This document shows positions 35,392-46,323 of a stretch of 64,000 nt of DNA, in pieces. The first letter of the stretch is position 1. Each line of letters starts with the position of its first letter. This DNA is from a virus. Lineage: Duplodnaviria; Caudoviricetes. The position numbers and the translations under genes are program-made. Where the stretch lies: IMG/VR virus record IMGVR_UViG_3300020576_002947, positions 64,001-128,000 of that record; one strand, written 5' to 3'. Below the pieces are notes generated by a model. The model was not told the origin of the DNA, ran no database searches, and saw nothing but the letters and a program-made list of their open reading frames with translations.

Positions 35392-37575
35392 TTACTTTGT
35401 TAGTATCTTCACAGATCTGAGTTTTGGTGTAAGTGTGTTTGATTGGTTTGTTCTTAACTCAAACTTATAATCAATAGTAGTTGTATTAACTAAGTCTGTA
35501 ATGCTAGAATTGAATCCTGAGTACTTCACACTTAAATTAGGTTGATTACTTAATTTAGAGCCAATAAAACCGTCAATAATATCAGACGAATTTTTATTTA
35601 AAGCGATTTTGTTAGGATAGCCTGTGTCTTTCCAAGCCCAGTACTTAAAGGACTTTGGTAAATTAAAACCAAGGTCGAATTCTGATACTGGATCAAAGGT
35701 GCCTGTCCCAACAATATCTGTTACTTCATAAAGTCTTTTAAACTCTGTGTCTAAGATGTTTGGATAAAGAGTAAGCTGTAAATACTTTTCAGTTGTAGAG
35801 TTAGCATCATTAGCAATAGCTGGTAGCTCAGGGCAGTAGAAGTACAACTCGAAAGTATTCCAGCCCTTGTTTATCATAAAGGACCAATTGGTGCCTACAC
35901 TTGCGCCAGATTGTGAGCTTCCGTCTGTATAAAGGGTAAATGGACTTTGTGAAGAACAGACCCTAATATCATTAATATATACAGAGAAAATTCCATAGGA
36001 CAGTCCTAGCTGCTGAAATGTTCTTGTACTAGGAGTTCGATGTCCCTGTAAAAACCAATACTTACCAAAATCAATAACAGAATCTTTATTAGCAAAAAAT
36101 TTATATTGGATTTTATATATGTAATTCTCTCTTGCAGCAGATGATTGCCCGTTGTGAAGAGGAAGGATTGATAAGCTTGTGTATTGAAATTCAGAGTCTT
36201 GCTCACCAATAAACAACTGGTTGTCTTTTGTTAGTGAGGTATGCTCATCACCATAAGGCACTAACTGAACTTCGACACTCTCTGAAGAAGTAGACAACTG
36301 ATCAACACTAGATATCGTTTCCCAGCAGACTAAACTCCCTGCATCTTTAAATAGGCCAGGGTGTAAATCAGGGTAGAAGCTTCCTTCATCTGTGGGGATC
36401 TTTTTGATCGTTGAGATTTCGACTTGATCTCTTCCTATTGTAAGAGTACCTTCTCGGGAGTTTGAGATATTGTCAAAGGTGTTTGTGTAATAGTAAAGTC
36501 CATTAGGTTCTAATGACGCCACTGTGATCGGATACTCTGTGGTCTCCGGTGTTGTATTAACTGTCCAGGCATCAGGTTTAACCTTTACCCACGCACCTGA
36601 GTCTATCTTTACATATGGAATCACATATGTTCCTTGTGGTACATCAGCTTCATAAGATACTTTATAAGAACTGAATTTACTTGAGGGTGTAAAAGAAGTG
36701 CTTACAACTAAGGATTCATCATTATATCTAAGTGCAACAAGTTCAATACTTTCTGTTCCAAAAACGCTATTTAAGGTATCTTCGACAGGAGATAACTCTA
36801 CAAGCATCTTTGTAGCTTGCTGAATAAGAACAGGGTAAGATCCCTTTATCTTTGTAACTGCATTTACTACAGAGTGCCAGTTTCCTTCTCTTAGGAGCTG
36901 GATCTTTATATGAGTATTTCCAACAGGATTAATAACTATCTCGGTAACATTAGTTTCTTTGATATCTATCGTAGCTTTGATCTTTGAATCTTTGCCACTA
37001 GCAAGGAATTTAGCTCCTGTGAAAACATTATTCCTTACCCCAAAAACAGTACAATTTTCAAGATTAATATAATAATTATTAAAATCAAGGGCTTCTGTAT
37101 GAACTAAAGAATAGGGAATATACGCAGCCTGCAGCTCAGAATCTATGATAGAGTTTGTCTCTTCAAGATCAAGCCAGTTTGTATTATAGAATGTTTGAAG
37201 ATGGGCCCATGAGGCATATCCTTGAGAGATAGATGTTAGAAACTCACTTGTCTTTCTATACTGCTCAACTCTCTTCATACTAAGAGACATCTTATTAAGA
37301 ATTAGCTGGTAGCTCTGATTAGTATTCTTAGTTAGATTATTATAAGCTGTAATAGCAATATTTGTATCCAACTCTATGGAAGTAACATAATCTTTTAACT
37401 TTTTATTATCTATGTTCTCATAAGGGACTGCTTTATATAAACTAGCACTAGGCTTACCTAAGATGATCTTAGCATCTAGTGTCGTATTGAAAGTAACAAA
37501 GTCCCCTGAAAGAAAAGATCTTTGAGCTCTCTTATCAAGTATGTATTCTTTTTGAGCTGCCGTAATTAATGACAT
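35392..37575 (-). CDS. virion structural protein (baseplate paralogue family A)
   Basis: Coiled coil, IDSELQAAYIP, C-terminal TPKLRSV. Confidence 0.65.
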   Translation of the reverse strand: MSLITAAQKEYILDKRAQRSFLSGDFVTFNTTLDAKIILGKPSASLYKAVPYENIDNKKLKDYVTSIELDTNIAITAYNNLTKNTNQSYQLILNKMSLSMKRVEQYRKTSEFLTSISQGYASWAHLQTFYNTNWLDLEETNSIIDSELQAAYIPYSLVHTEALDFNNYYINLENCTVFGVRNNVFTGAKFLASGKDSKIKATIDIKETNVTEIVINPVGNTHIKIQLLREGNWHSVVNAVTKIKGSYPVLIQQATKMLVELSPVEDTLNSVFGTESIELVALRYNDESLVVSTSFTPSSKFSSYKVSYEADVPQGTYVIPYVKIDSGAWVKVKPDAWTVNTTPETTEYPITVASLEPNGLYYYTNTFDNISNSREGTLTIGRDQVEISTIKKIPTDEGSFYPDLHPGLFKDAGSLVCWETISSVDQLSTSSESVEVQLVPYGDEHTSLTKDNQLFIGEQDSEFQYTSLSILPLHNGQSSAARENYIYKIQYKFFANKDSVIDFGKYWFLQGHRTPSTRTFQQLGLSYGIFSVYINDIRVCSSQSPFTLYTDGSSQSGASVGTNWSFMINKGWNTFELYFYCPELPAIANDANSTTEKYLQLTLYPNILDTEFKRLYEVTDIVGTGTFDPVSEFDLGFNLPKSFKYWAWKDTGYPNKIALNKNSSDIIDGFIGSKLSNQPNLSVKYSGFNSSITDLVNTTTIDYKFELRTNQSNTLTPKLRSVKILTK

Positions 37576-39464
37576 TATTCTTTAAATCCTTTCAATGCAT
37601 AATAAGCTACTGATGGAGTTTGATGGAGATCGCTAGCGTTCCCTTTGATCTCAATCTTCATCATAATAGAGTTAATCTGCTTATCTAACTTAACTGAGTT
37701 ATCGAAGTCCCCACCCTTAGATGGTTCAATAGATTGCCATGTAGCGCCATTGTCTATAGAGAAGGAATAAGTAACCCAACCTTGTGTACCCCAGTCTGTA
37801 GGAACATGGAACTCAGATACAAGTGCAACTCTATTTACAGCCTTACCAAACTTTAAGACTTTAGAGACATATACGCCTGCACTAGAGTACTGAACTTTCT
37901 CTAAAGCAATAGTTTTAATTGCTACTGTAGATCTATATCCATTAAATAAATCATAGCCTTGTCTTTGATCAGTGACTGTAAACGTTCTGTTGAAAGATCC
38001 AATACTTATTAAGTTCTCTACTAAACCTGAACCAACTCCAAGATTAATTAGGAACTGCATATAAGGATTAGCTACACTAATCTGAGAAGCTGCTTGGGTA
38101 GCAATTGGTGCTAACCCTGAAAGAATAGTTCCTTTATTCTCAGAGCCTATTACAGCACCCTCAGCAGGATAACTTCCTTTCTCTGGGTCGAAGGTAGGCG
38201 TAATATTCTCAGTCTTTTGAGTAGCTACAGTAGGTCTTGTCTTTGCAAACAGTTCTACTCTTTTCGGAATGTCTTCATGATCTACACTCTTGAATAGACC
38301 ATAGTTTCTTTCTGATCTTCGATGGACGTTAACCCATACGAAAGGATGACCAAAGAGAACATCCTCTGAAGCACTGCCTTCAAAATGTAGAAAGACTGAC
38401 TCTACTCTTCGACTGCTGTTAATTGGTATGAACTTACCTGATGAGCTTATCTTTGTCTCAAACAAGTTAAACTTAGTCGCTGTTGTCTCACCAGGATTTA
38501 ATACAAAGTCCTTGGCTATGGTAACAGGCTTCTCTAAACCTTCTAACTTAACAGTAGCTAGCTTTACTTTAGAAACATTCTTTTTATGCCTAATAAAAGG
38601 ATCGAGTCTCACACCTGAAAGAGTCATAGGCTCATTCATAGTTAAAGTAACTGCAAACTCTGCTGAACTACTAAGGTTAACTCTAACCTCTGAACTAGCA
38701 ATTGGCTGGATGAACTCTGCGATAGAGTATCCCTTCTTATCAGCACCTTCATCTAACTGAAGAGCTTCAGGCCAGTAAAGATTCACATTCCAGTCAAAGT
38801 TATTAGTAACATTTAGGACATCAATCTCTGAACCTGAGATGTCTGAAACATAGGCTTTACCTGACTGCTTAGCTTTTTGTTTAGAATAAATAAAGTTTCT
38901 TTCTACTTCAAAATGAGTTGTCTCTTTGTTATCGAATAGATGCAGAAGATTGGAGGAGTCATTAGTGTCAAACTCAGCCTTAGGCTCAGTGTTCTCCCCT
39001 CCAGGTGTCACTCTTAAAGCGAGAAGATTACAACCTGGGAATGTCTTTGTCTTCTTCATTACCTCTTCGTTTAACGTAGGAGTAAAACTGGTGACAGATA
39101 GATAGCTAGTAGGTGTTAAAGTTAGAAGACCTCTGTCAGTATTAACTAAAGCTGTTGTGGCTTTGTCTGTGTTATCTCTGGTGGCAAACGTATCAGAAAC
39201 CCAGACAAAGTCTGTAATCTCATTAGCTTGATTGTATATTACGTTGCTGACTTTTGAGGATAACTCCTTTACACCAAACTCTAAAATATTAAGAGCAGCG
39301 TCTAAATTATTATATTTATTAACAATACTAGATTTTACAGTGTTAATATTATCGCCTAGGCTTGTTATCGCAAAAGTGACCGTATCAATATGGTCACCAG
39401 CATAGTCAACAAGGTTAGATGTAACAGCAAAATCTGATATCTGAGGTAAAGAAATTTTATCCAT
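37575..39464 (-). CDS. virion structural protein (baseplate paralogue family A)
   Basis: Coiled coil, VNTDRGLLTLTP, SIDNGATW Asp-box, C-terminal TPSVAYYAL. Confidence 0.65.
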   Translation of the reverse strand: MDKISLPQISDFAVTSNLVDYAGDHIDTVTFAITSLGDNINTVKSSIVNKYNNLDAALNILEFGVKELSSKVSNVIYNQANEITDFVWVSDTFATRDNTDKATTALVNTDRGLLTLTPTSYLSVTSFTPTLNEEVMKKTKTFPGCNLLALRVTPGGENTEPKAEFDTNDSSNLLHLFDNKETTHFEVERNFIYSKQKAKQSGKAYVSDISGSEIDVLNVTNNFDWNVNLYWPEALQLDEGADKKGYSIAEFIQPIASSEVRVNLSSSAEFAVTLTMNEPMTLSGVRLDPFIRHKKNVSKVKLATVKLEGLEKPVTIAKDFVLNPGETTATKFNLFETKISSSGKFIPINSSRRVESVFLHFEGSASEDVLFGHPFVWVNVHRRSERNYGLFKSVDHEDIPKRVELFAKTRPTVATQKTENITPTFDPEKGSYPAEGAVIGSENKGTILSGLAPIATQAASQISVANPYMQFLINLGVGSGLVENLISIGSFNRTFTVTDQRQGYDLFNGYRSTVAIKTIALEKVQYSSAGVYVSKVLKFGKAVNRVALVSEFHVPTDWGTQGWVTYSFSIDNGATWQSIEPSKGGDFDNSVKLDKQINSIMMKIEIKGNASDLHQTPSVAYYALKGFKE

Positions 39465-42448
39465 TATGCTGACCTTTCAAAACTTGCTGAAGCCGCCCTA
39501 TATCCGAATGATAGACTTTGCAGTCTAGTAGATCTTGTTGGATTAGTCCTAACAAGATAACATGCGAACCTTGGTGATATATCTAGAGTCTCGTACTCGA
39601 CCCTTATTTTAGCAGGAATGTCTCCATACATCAAAAATGACTTATTAAAGACTAACTCTGAGTCTGGTGTTACATAGTATTCAATTACAGGATAGAAAGA
39701 GTCACTTAGAACATCAGGCTCAAACTCTCTTAGAGTAGGCTGTCTTCCAAACTGATAATCAGTAACATTTCTTGTAATAAATTTATTGGATGAGAAAAAG
39801 TCATTGATATCTGACTGACTAGCAGCACTTTGGTCCTTTTGATACAGCTTATTGTAGTACAGGTAATCAGCTGTTACTGTAGCTCCTTCACCAGTTAACC
39901 CAATCAAAGTTATCAAGCCTAAATCAGAGTCAATACTAAACTCAGTCTGTCTTAGTTTCCTTCTAGTTACCGTAGACGTTGAGTAGTACACATTTACTAG
40001 ACTTAGATCCTTTGCAGTTAGAATAGGCTTGTTAGCCATCTGGAAGATGTTCTTTACCTGAGAAGCAATGATCGTTGTTGAGGTGATAGGAGAATTAATA
40101 CTAGTACCACCACTAGCCGCAATCTTCTTAAATACTGTTTCAAACTTATCTCTGTCAGCACCATTTTGAATGAGGTTCTTTATAGTTGTTGATAAGTTAT
40201 TAACTTGCCAAGCAAATCCACCTGTTGAAAGAGGTAGATGATAGAACTCAGCTGTATAAAGACCATCTGCAGTTTCTTGATAGTAACCAAGAGTCTTTAA
40301 CGCACTAAGAGAAGTCGTTCTAGTCCACTCTTCAAACCCCGATACATTTTCTTGTAGAAGTCTTGTTTGCTCTTCTGCAGTAACTAGTTTAAGAGTTTCT
40401 CCTGTAACTGACCTAATTAACATATTATTAGGTGCTCCTAGATTATCAGGATAAGCAACAAAGCTATCAGCCTCAATAGTTACGGATATAGGAACGTATC
40501 CTTCAAACGTTAGAATATTCCCTGATGTAATGGAAGCATTAATACTTTGGAAACTGTAGTCAGACTGCCTTATAGAAGATACAACATCAGTAGTTAATCC
40601 ATAGACTGTCTTTGCGTTAGAATCCCAGAAGTAGTCATTGGCACCATAAGTAGTTAAGAACTCGTTTGTATCTGCGATCTTTTTCCTTCTTAGATGGATA
40701 GGTCTTGACAGAACGACTGACTGATTTGAGTTTGTGCCATTGAATAGCTCCACTCTAGTTCTAGGAGTTACCACATACTTAATTGTGTTGGGATCTTGGT
40801 TATAAAGATTATTTGTATACTCCTCATCAGTAACAAACTCCACCAACTCCCCATCAGTATAATCCTCTGTAGTAGTATTGAATGTCGAAGGAGCTAAAAG
40901 AACTCTACTATCAAAGTCATCCTCATAAGGATAAACCACAAACTTTGTTGACGCTGCATTGTAAGAATCTAGTGCAGCACGAAGCCAAATCTTCCTAATC
41001 TCTTTTCTAGTTTTAACGGGTTTACTAAGAAGTAGGCCTCTTGGCATAAACTCCTTGTATCTGATATCCAGTTCTTGGATGGCCCATTTATATGCGAGTT
41101 GATTATTAACTGTTAGCGTGTTTGTCTGGTTTAGAACCAATGATACTCTAGAAGTAGTAGTTAAGAAAGGTAGCTGAATATAAGTAGGGCGGTCTATATA
41201 CTTATTAACAGAATATTGATACTCCCCATAATATCCGACTATATCATCAATCTGTAGACTTCCTTCCTCTCTAAACAGTCCAATCTGTATCATTGCTGAT
41301 ACTGCATTGTTTGGGAAATAGAATGATTTTTGATGCTGCGCTGCCCATGATTGAGCATTAAAATTAACTGACTCGTTAGATACAGTGTAGCCTGATGAAT
41401 CTAATGACAGTACCCTAATTTGAGCTGCTACAGCTTGTCCTAGGCTTCTCCAACGTAAGTCTAGTCTATTATCAACTAAGTAACTACTACTGCTTAATGA
41501 TAAGGCATTAACCATTGAGCTGGTATAAGCAGAAGCTAAGTCAATTACCTTTGTTACGTAAGAGTTGTAGCTACCATCTGATTCGATTAAAGCGTAAGCA
41601 CCATCCTCAAAACCACCACTAGCTACTACGGAAGCACTCGCCAAACTCCAGCTTCCAGTAAGAATATTTTGCTGATCCTTAGGAGACCAGCGTATATCTT
41701 GCACATAGAAACCGAGATCAGATGCAGGCTGGATGAACACTTCACTAGCTTTTATTGATCTCTCGCACCAAAAAGTAAGATAATCAAAAGTACCTAAGTT
41801 ACCAGAGTTAATCCAATGGAACTGGTTGTTACTATTTAGTACAAGAGGTTTATTAGAATAACAGGCTTTCTCTACGAAAGTATCAGGACTTGAATCAATA
41901 GCATTTGTAAGATTTCCAATAGATCCTTCGTAACTAGTAAACTCATGCTCTAGTACTGCCAGCTCCTTAGTAAAAGATCTAATACTAGAGAACTCACCAT
42001 GGACTGGTAGAGTAAAGTCATTCTGGTCGTTATCGAAATGAAGAGGTTTAAAGACCTGGTAGTAGTCATCATTCGACTCAATAAAGGATTGGGTTCCTGA
42101 GTCTAAAGTAATGGATAAGTAATCTGTATTAGATAGAAGCTTACTACTCTTAAGTTTATTTTCTACCGTATTAATAGACTCTGTTAAATCTCTTAACTTA
42201 GCGGATAGCTTTGTTGTAAGATTTAAACTCTGGTTATTAACATAATCAATCTCAGAGAAAATACCAGTAAGGTTTGATAGCTGGTAATCAGTTACAGTAT
42301 TCCAGTTGTTTGAGGAGTTTAAGGGTAGGAAAGGTATGTTAGTAAAAACAAAGTCTCCGCCAGTACTCTGAGTGGTAGGTCTTTGGCTATAATTATAGAC
42401 ATTCTTAGCCCAATCAAAGACAGAACCTAGTGTTAAGATATAGCTCAT
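39464..42448 (-). CDS. large virion structural protein (baseplate paralogue family A)
   Basis: Coiled coil, FDNDQNDFTLP, a carbohydrate-binding-like beta domain, RNVTDY, C-terminal STRLQSL. Confidence 0.65.
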   Translation of the reverse strand: MSYILTLGSVFDWAKNVYNYSQRPTTQSTGGDFVFTNIPFLPLNSSNNWNTVTDYQLSNLTGIFSEIDYVNNQSLNLTTKLSAKLRDLTESINTVENKLKSSKLLSNTDYLSITLDSGTQSFIESNDDYYQVFKPLHFDNDQNDFTLPVHGEFSSIRSFTKELAVLEHEFTSYEGSIGNLTNAIDSSPDTFVEKACYSNKPLVLNSNNQFHWINSGNLGTFDYLTFWCERSIKASEVFIQPASDLGFYVQDIRWSPKDQQNILTGSWSLASASVVASGGFEDGAYALIESDGSYNSYVTKVIDLASAYTSSMVNALSLSSSSYLVDNRLDLRWRSLGQAVAAQIRVLSLDSSGYTVSNESVNFNAQSWAAQHQKSFYFPNNAVSAMIQIGLFREEGSLQIDDIVGYYGEYQYSVNKYIDRPTYIQLPFLTTTSRVSLVLNQTNTLTVNNQLAYKWAIQELDIRYKEFMPRGLLLSKPVKTRKEIRKIWLRAALDSYNAASTKFVVYPYEDDFDSRVLLAPSTFNTTTEDYTDGELVEFVTDEEYTNNLYNQDPNTIKYVVTPRTRVELFNGTNSNQSVVLSRPIHLRRKKIADTNEFLTTYGANDYFWDSNAKTVYGLTTDVVSSIRQSDYSFQSINASITSGNILTFEGYVPISVTIEADSFVAYPDNLGAPNNMLIRSVTGETLKLVTAEEQTRLLQENVSGFEEWTRTTSLSALKTLGYYQETADGLYTAEFYHLPLSTGGFAWQVNNLSTTIKNLIQNGADRDKFETVFKKIAASGGTSINSPITSTTIIASQVKNIFQMANKPILTAKDLSLVNVYYSTSTVTRRKLRQTEFSIDSDLGLITLIGLTGEGATVTADYLYYNKLYQKDQSAASQSDINDFFSSNKFITRNVTDYQFGRQPTLREFEPDVLSDSFYPVIEYYVTPDSELVFNKSFLMYGDIPAKIRVEYETLDISPRFACYLVRTNPTRSTRLQSLSFGYRAASASFERSA

Positions 42449-44325
42449 ATGTTAGTTACTGGTAAATTCGCATTTGATGTATTAGCCATACTAATCAAAA
42501 ACTTAACCTTTAAATCTAAAGTAGAGTCCTCAGGTTCCGTTGAATCTGGCTCTGTAACTGCGTAAGACTTAATATTAGAGAAAACCATCTCAGATTCTGA
42601 CATCTGTGAACCTGTGTAAGACTTGTTGTAAAAAGCTGATGGTATTTTTACTCCGCTACTATAAGTAAAGGGGTCAGAATCTACATAGGTCAAGACTGTT
42701 GTCCAGCTAGAACCATCTGTAGACCTTGATAAAGTCAAAGTATCCCCAACCATTTCAAATCTCCAGTAATGAAGACCTGCAAAGTACCAAGAAGTGTTTG
42801 CTGGGTTTAGTTGGAGGATTGGATCATACGAGCCAGTGCCTGAAACATACTCTGTTACAGTACTAGCAAGAACTTTATACTCTGCAGGTATGGTGTCTGA
42901 TTTGTAGTAGCCATCACTATTAGTTCCAGTAACGTAAGTACCCCACCACCCACCATTTCCTAGTAAGTTGGCATTTGATAAACCATTAATATAAACTAAC
43001 GAATAAAGATTATCATCGTAGCCAAAGTCATCGTAACGAAACTTGACAATAGCAACAGACCCAGCAAAAACAATATCTTTATTATAAGATCCTGGTGCGT
43101 TGTTGAAATCATTAATTTTAAGGGTCCTATTATTTGGATAAGCGAAGAACTTGACTGCGTAACCGTAATACTGAGTTCCACTAGTATAGCCACTTACAGT
43201 TTTCGGAGTAGTATGAGATGATACTCTTAAAGCAGGTCCTGCAATATGAAAGTGAGGGTAGTTTTGAACCCACAGAGTTGGAAGGTTCCATGAGTGCCAG
43301 CTAAATTCAATCCCAGTGTCTTCATAAGACTGGTTGTATACATCCTCATGATAGATTAATCCGCCTGCTGTACTATAAGGAGGATATGAACCAGACCATA
43401 TAGCACTACCTTTACACTCTAAGCGATTTAAAGACCCTGGCACTGCTGTGATATTATCTAGTCCGCCATTAGGATACGCCGTCCCTGTGCTGCTCGCACT
43501 AGCTGTATACCAAAAAGAATAACTACTTGTATAACTGCTCTTTACCAAAGTTCTAAGAACACTTGTTGAGTCAGTGTTAAACTCATTACCAGCCAGATTT
43601 TTAGTAATAGTCCAAGGATACTCGACCTCAATGCTTGAAGAAGATGCTGGGGTCATAGAAGTCATTTTACTGAGTACTATATGATAATTAAACTGTGTTA
43701 GGCTTGACCCTGGTGCAGTCCCTACCCAACCAGTATATGAACCTCTTGCCTTCTCAAGAGCCTGTGCATCGGTAGAAGCTTCAAACCAACCTTTATCAGA
43801 ACTTCCTTGTACTTCGATAGAACCGACTACATTAAAGGATCGATTAGCATACGGATCAGAGCCAAAAACAGCTGGAATACTGACTGTACCTGAGATAGAC
43901 ACAGCACTAGTTAAAGAAGATGTTACTGTAGCACCTGTGTGAGTTACCTGAGTAAACGATACTAAAGTATCGTCTTCTGCTAGTACTGATGCTGGGGTCG
44001 TGTAAGTAAGTGTATTGCTATCTAGTGTTGGAGATACACAAAGAGATACTTCCCCTGATGAAGTGAGCAAGTAAATATTACCATGCTTCTCTTTTAGATA
44101 ATGCTGTAGAGAGACGATTGAATCAGCATAAGAGTTTAAATCACTCGCTCTGATAATCCTTCCAATAAAAGGAACAAGAGGTTTCTCGTCTTCTCTTAGC
44201 CAGTTAGTATCGTTTACACGCTCTGCATTATGAGGCCACTTGATAGTTAAACTATCATAATCAGTAAAGTCTGATGTTGCAAAAGTGTTTACTAGTTTTG
44301 CTTTATCATTTGGTCGATACTTCAT
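42445..44325 (-). CDS. tail fibre / receptor-binding protein with lectin-like (LamG-type) C-terminal domain
   Basis: IRASDLNSYADSIVSLQHYL attachment-like motif, S/T/Y-rich, WRFEMVGDTLTLSRSTDGSSWT. Confidence 0.6.
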   Translation of the reverse strand: MKYRPNDKAKLVNTFATSDFTDYDSLTIKWPHNAERVNDTNWLREDEKPLVPFIGRIIRASDLNSYADSIVSLQHYLKEKHGNIYLLTSSGEVSLCVSPTLDSNTLTYTTPASVLAEDDTLVSFTQVTHTGATVTSSLTSAVSISGTVSIPAVFGSDPYANRSFNVVGSIEVQGSSDKGWFEASTDAQALEKARGSYTGWVGTAPGSSLTQFNYHIVLSKMTSMTPASSSSIEVEYPWTITKNLAGNEFNTDSTSVLRTLVKSSYTSSYSFWYTASASSTGTAYPNGGLDNITAVPGSLNRLECKGSAIWSGSYPPYSTAGGLIYHEDVYNQSYEDTGIEFSWHSWNLPTLWVQNYPHFHIAGPALRVSSHTTPKTVSGYTSGTQYYGYAVKFFAYPNNRTLKINDFNNAPGSYNKDIVFAGSVAIVKFRYDDFGYDDNLYSLVYINGLSNANLLGNGGWWGTYVTGTNSDGYYKSDTIPAEYKVLASTVTEYVSGTGSYDPILQLNPANTSWYFAGLHYWRFEMVGDTLTLSRSTDGSSWTTVLTYVDSDPFTYSSGVKIPSAFYNKSYTGSQMSESEMVFSNIKSYAVTEPDSTEPEDSTLDLKVKFLISMANTSNANLPVTNI

Positions 44326-45593
44326 TAAATTATTGCCTCAGGAGGAGTCTGCTCTCTTAGTATTGCTGTAATACGTACTTCAAAGTTCTCTGACCCACTA
44401 GAATATAGTGCGCCCCTAGATAAGGTTAGGTTTGGAAGTGCTGGGGCTGCTCCAGTTGTAATTGTAGATGTAAATCCAGTACCAGGAACCAACGGCATAA
44501 AACGGAAGCCCATACAATGTCCAATAATTTTGTTCTTATAGTAGCTGGTACTATTATCCCAGTCAAGGAAAAACATACCATAACCAGTAGCATGTACTGG
44601 AATTTTTGTGCTTCCTGAAACAACCCATCCTGTCGTACTAACAAAGTCTGCTATTAAAGTCTTAAACGTAACCCCATCTTCTGCAGTAAGAGCACTTGGA
44701 TTTAATACTGTTGAGTAAAAACCAGAGCTGAACCTACTTGACTCTGCAAACACATCATTAACAAAGTAAGTATTTCCAGATGTCTGCTGTCTTTCAAAAT
44801 AAGCACTATAGAAGTTTTCAGGTATTGAGACACCACTTACTACACAGGTAAGTAAGTACATATCCTGCCTTAGTCCGCTAGAAACATCTCCTTGAAAACC
44901 AACTTTTAGAAGACCAGGACCTAAGTCGTTTAGAACTTCTGCATCTAATGTAGCTAATCTTTGTACTTTAATGATAGCGTCACCTAGATTATTCATCAGT
45001 TCAGATCTAATAACGTAGCTGTCGTCATCTACAAGAGGTTCTGAAGAGTCTGTAACTGTTACAAGTGTATCTCTAGTTGTAGGAAATGATGATGTTTCAC
45101 CAAGTAGAATATTCTGTTGATCATAATTGATTTCTACTTTAACATTTCTAAGCTTTATCTCATTATTCAGATCAGTATGAGGACGTACTAAAACACTAAA
45201 GTTCTCAGTACGTAGATCATATCTATTAATTAAGAAGCCTGTAATATCACAAGTAAAAGTAAGAACAACATCTGTAGTACTTTGATAGCCTGCAGGTATG
45301 AACTTTTCTTCGGTGACTAAAGTCGTTCCATCATAGCTTAATCCTGCTTTAAGTAGGGTAGTAGAATCGGCTGTTGTACTAGATTCAAGACTAAAGGTTA
45401 CATCTATTGACGTAATAGTAGATTTTGGGTTTCTGAACTGATCTACTAATCCATCAAAATCCCACAATCGTAAACTACCCGTTGACCAAGACGCAGGTAA
45501 AGTAGTATAGGTAGTAGAAGTATCACCTATAATATTAGCTGTATCAGTCCAGTCTATTCCAGAAGCTTGCTGGCAGTAAGTGGTAAAAATCAT
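44325..45593 (-). CDS. tail fibre-associated protein (paralogue family B)
   Basis: SSFPTTRD...IRSELMNNLGDAIIKVQ. Confidence 0.55.
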   Translation of the reverse strand: MIFTTYCQQASGIDWTDTANIIGDTSTTYTTLPASWSTGSLRLWDFDGLVDQFRNPKSTITSIDVTFSLESSTTADSTTLLKAGLSYDGTTLVTEEKFIPAGYQSTTDVVLTFTCDITGFLINRYDLRTENFSVLVRPHTDLNNEIKLRNVKVEINYDQQNILLGETSSFPTTRDTLVTVTDSSEPLVDDDSYVIRSELMNNLGDAIIKVQRLATLDAEVLNDLGPGLLKVGFQGDVSSGLRQDMYLLTCVVSGVSIPENFYSAYFERQQTSGNTYFVNDVFAESSRFSSGFYSTVLNPSALTAEDGVTFKTLIADFVSTTGWVVSGSTKIPVHATGYGMFFLDWDNSTSYYKNKIIGHCMGFRFMPLVPGTGFTSTITTGAAPALPNLTLSRGALYSSGSENFEVRITAILREQTPPEAII

Positions 45594-46321
45594 GTTGTTA
45601 TTGACGTTAACGAAACGTTAAGTATGACCCCTTGCATTGCAGTTGTGCCGAAGATTTCTCCTCCACCAGCACTCTCAATAGCATGAACAAAACCTCTTAT
45701 TAGAAAGTGAGTTGTAGTTCTAATTGCAAAACAACTTACTAAAAGATCAGTCATAGTAGAAAAGTACTGTGGGCTTGTAAATGAAGGTGTGAGCCAAGCA
45801 CTTATAAGAACTTCCTTGCCGTCGATATATGTGTCCCAGAAACTTGAGTCTTGTGTTAAGAAAGCTGAAGGGTGGTTAGTGTAGTCTCTAAACTCCTCAC
45901 TAGTAATTACAACTTCAAAAGGAAGACAGTTTCCGCTTACTCCTGTAGTAATTCCTGATAGAAAATCATTACGTATATCAGCTAAGTTTCTTTGGTACAC
46001 GTAAGGTTTTAAAAGAGCACTAACACTAGCATCTCCACTAGTACCTAAGGTTGTACTTGCTACTGGGCATGAAGGAGCATAAATAGGTTCACCATAAGTA
46101 CCACTGGATGATGGTGATGCAGCAACGAAGGTAAACCACTTTTGTAGCTCTGTCGTTGCTAAGGATAGTTTGTTGTAGTACGCAGCAAAAGCGATCTGTG
46201 ATTCTAATACCGAAGTAACTCGAAAGCTATCAGTTAGGTCTGCAAATCGATCTACAGCACTCTGACTTAAGTCTGTAGTACTAGGGAATGTTAGGGTTTC
46301 GTAATTTGCAAGCTCTGACAT
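45590..46321 (-). CDS. tail fibre-associated protein (paralogue family B)
   Basis: TFPSTTD...AAYYNKLSLATTELQ. Confidence 0.55.
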   Translation of the reverse strand: MSELANYETLTFPSTTDLSQSAVDRFADLTDSFRVTSVLESQIAFAAYYNKLSLATTELQKWFTFVAASPSSSGTYGEPIYAPSCPVASTTLGTSGDASVSALLKPYVYQRNLADIRNDFLSGITTGVSGNCLPFEVVITSEEFRDYTNHPSAFLTQDSSFWDTYIDGKEVLISAWLTPSFTSPQYFSTMTDLLVSCFAIRTTTHFLIRGFVHAIESAGGGEIFGTTAMQGVILNVSLTSITT

Positions 46322-46323
46322 TT

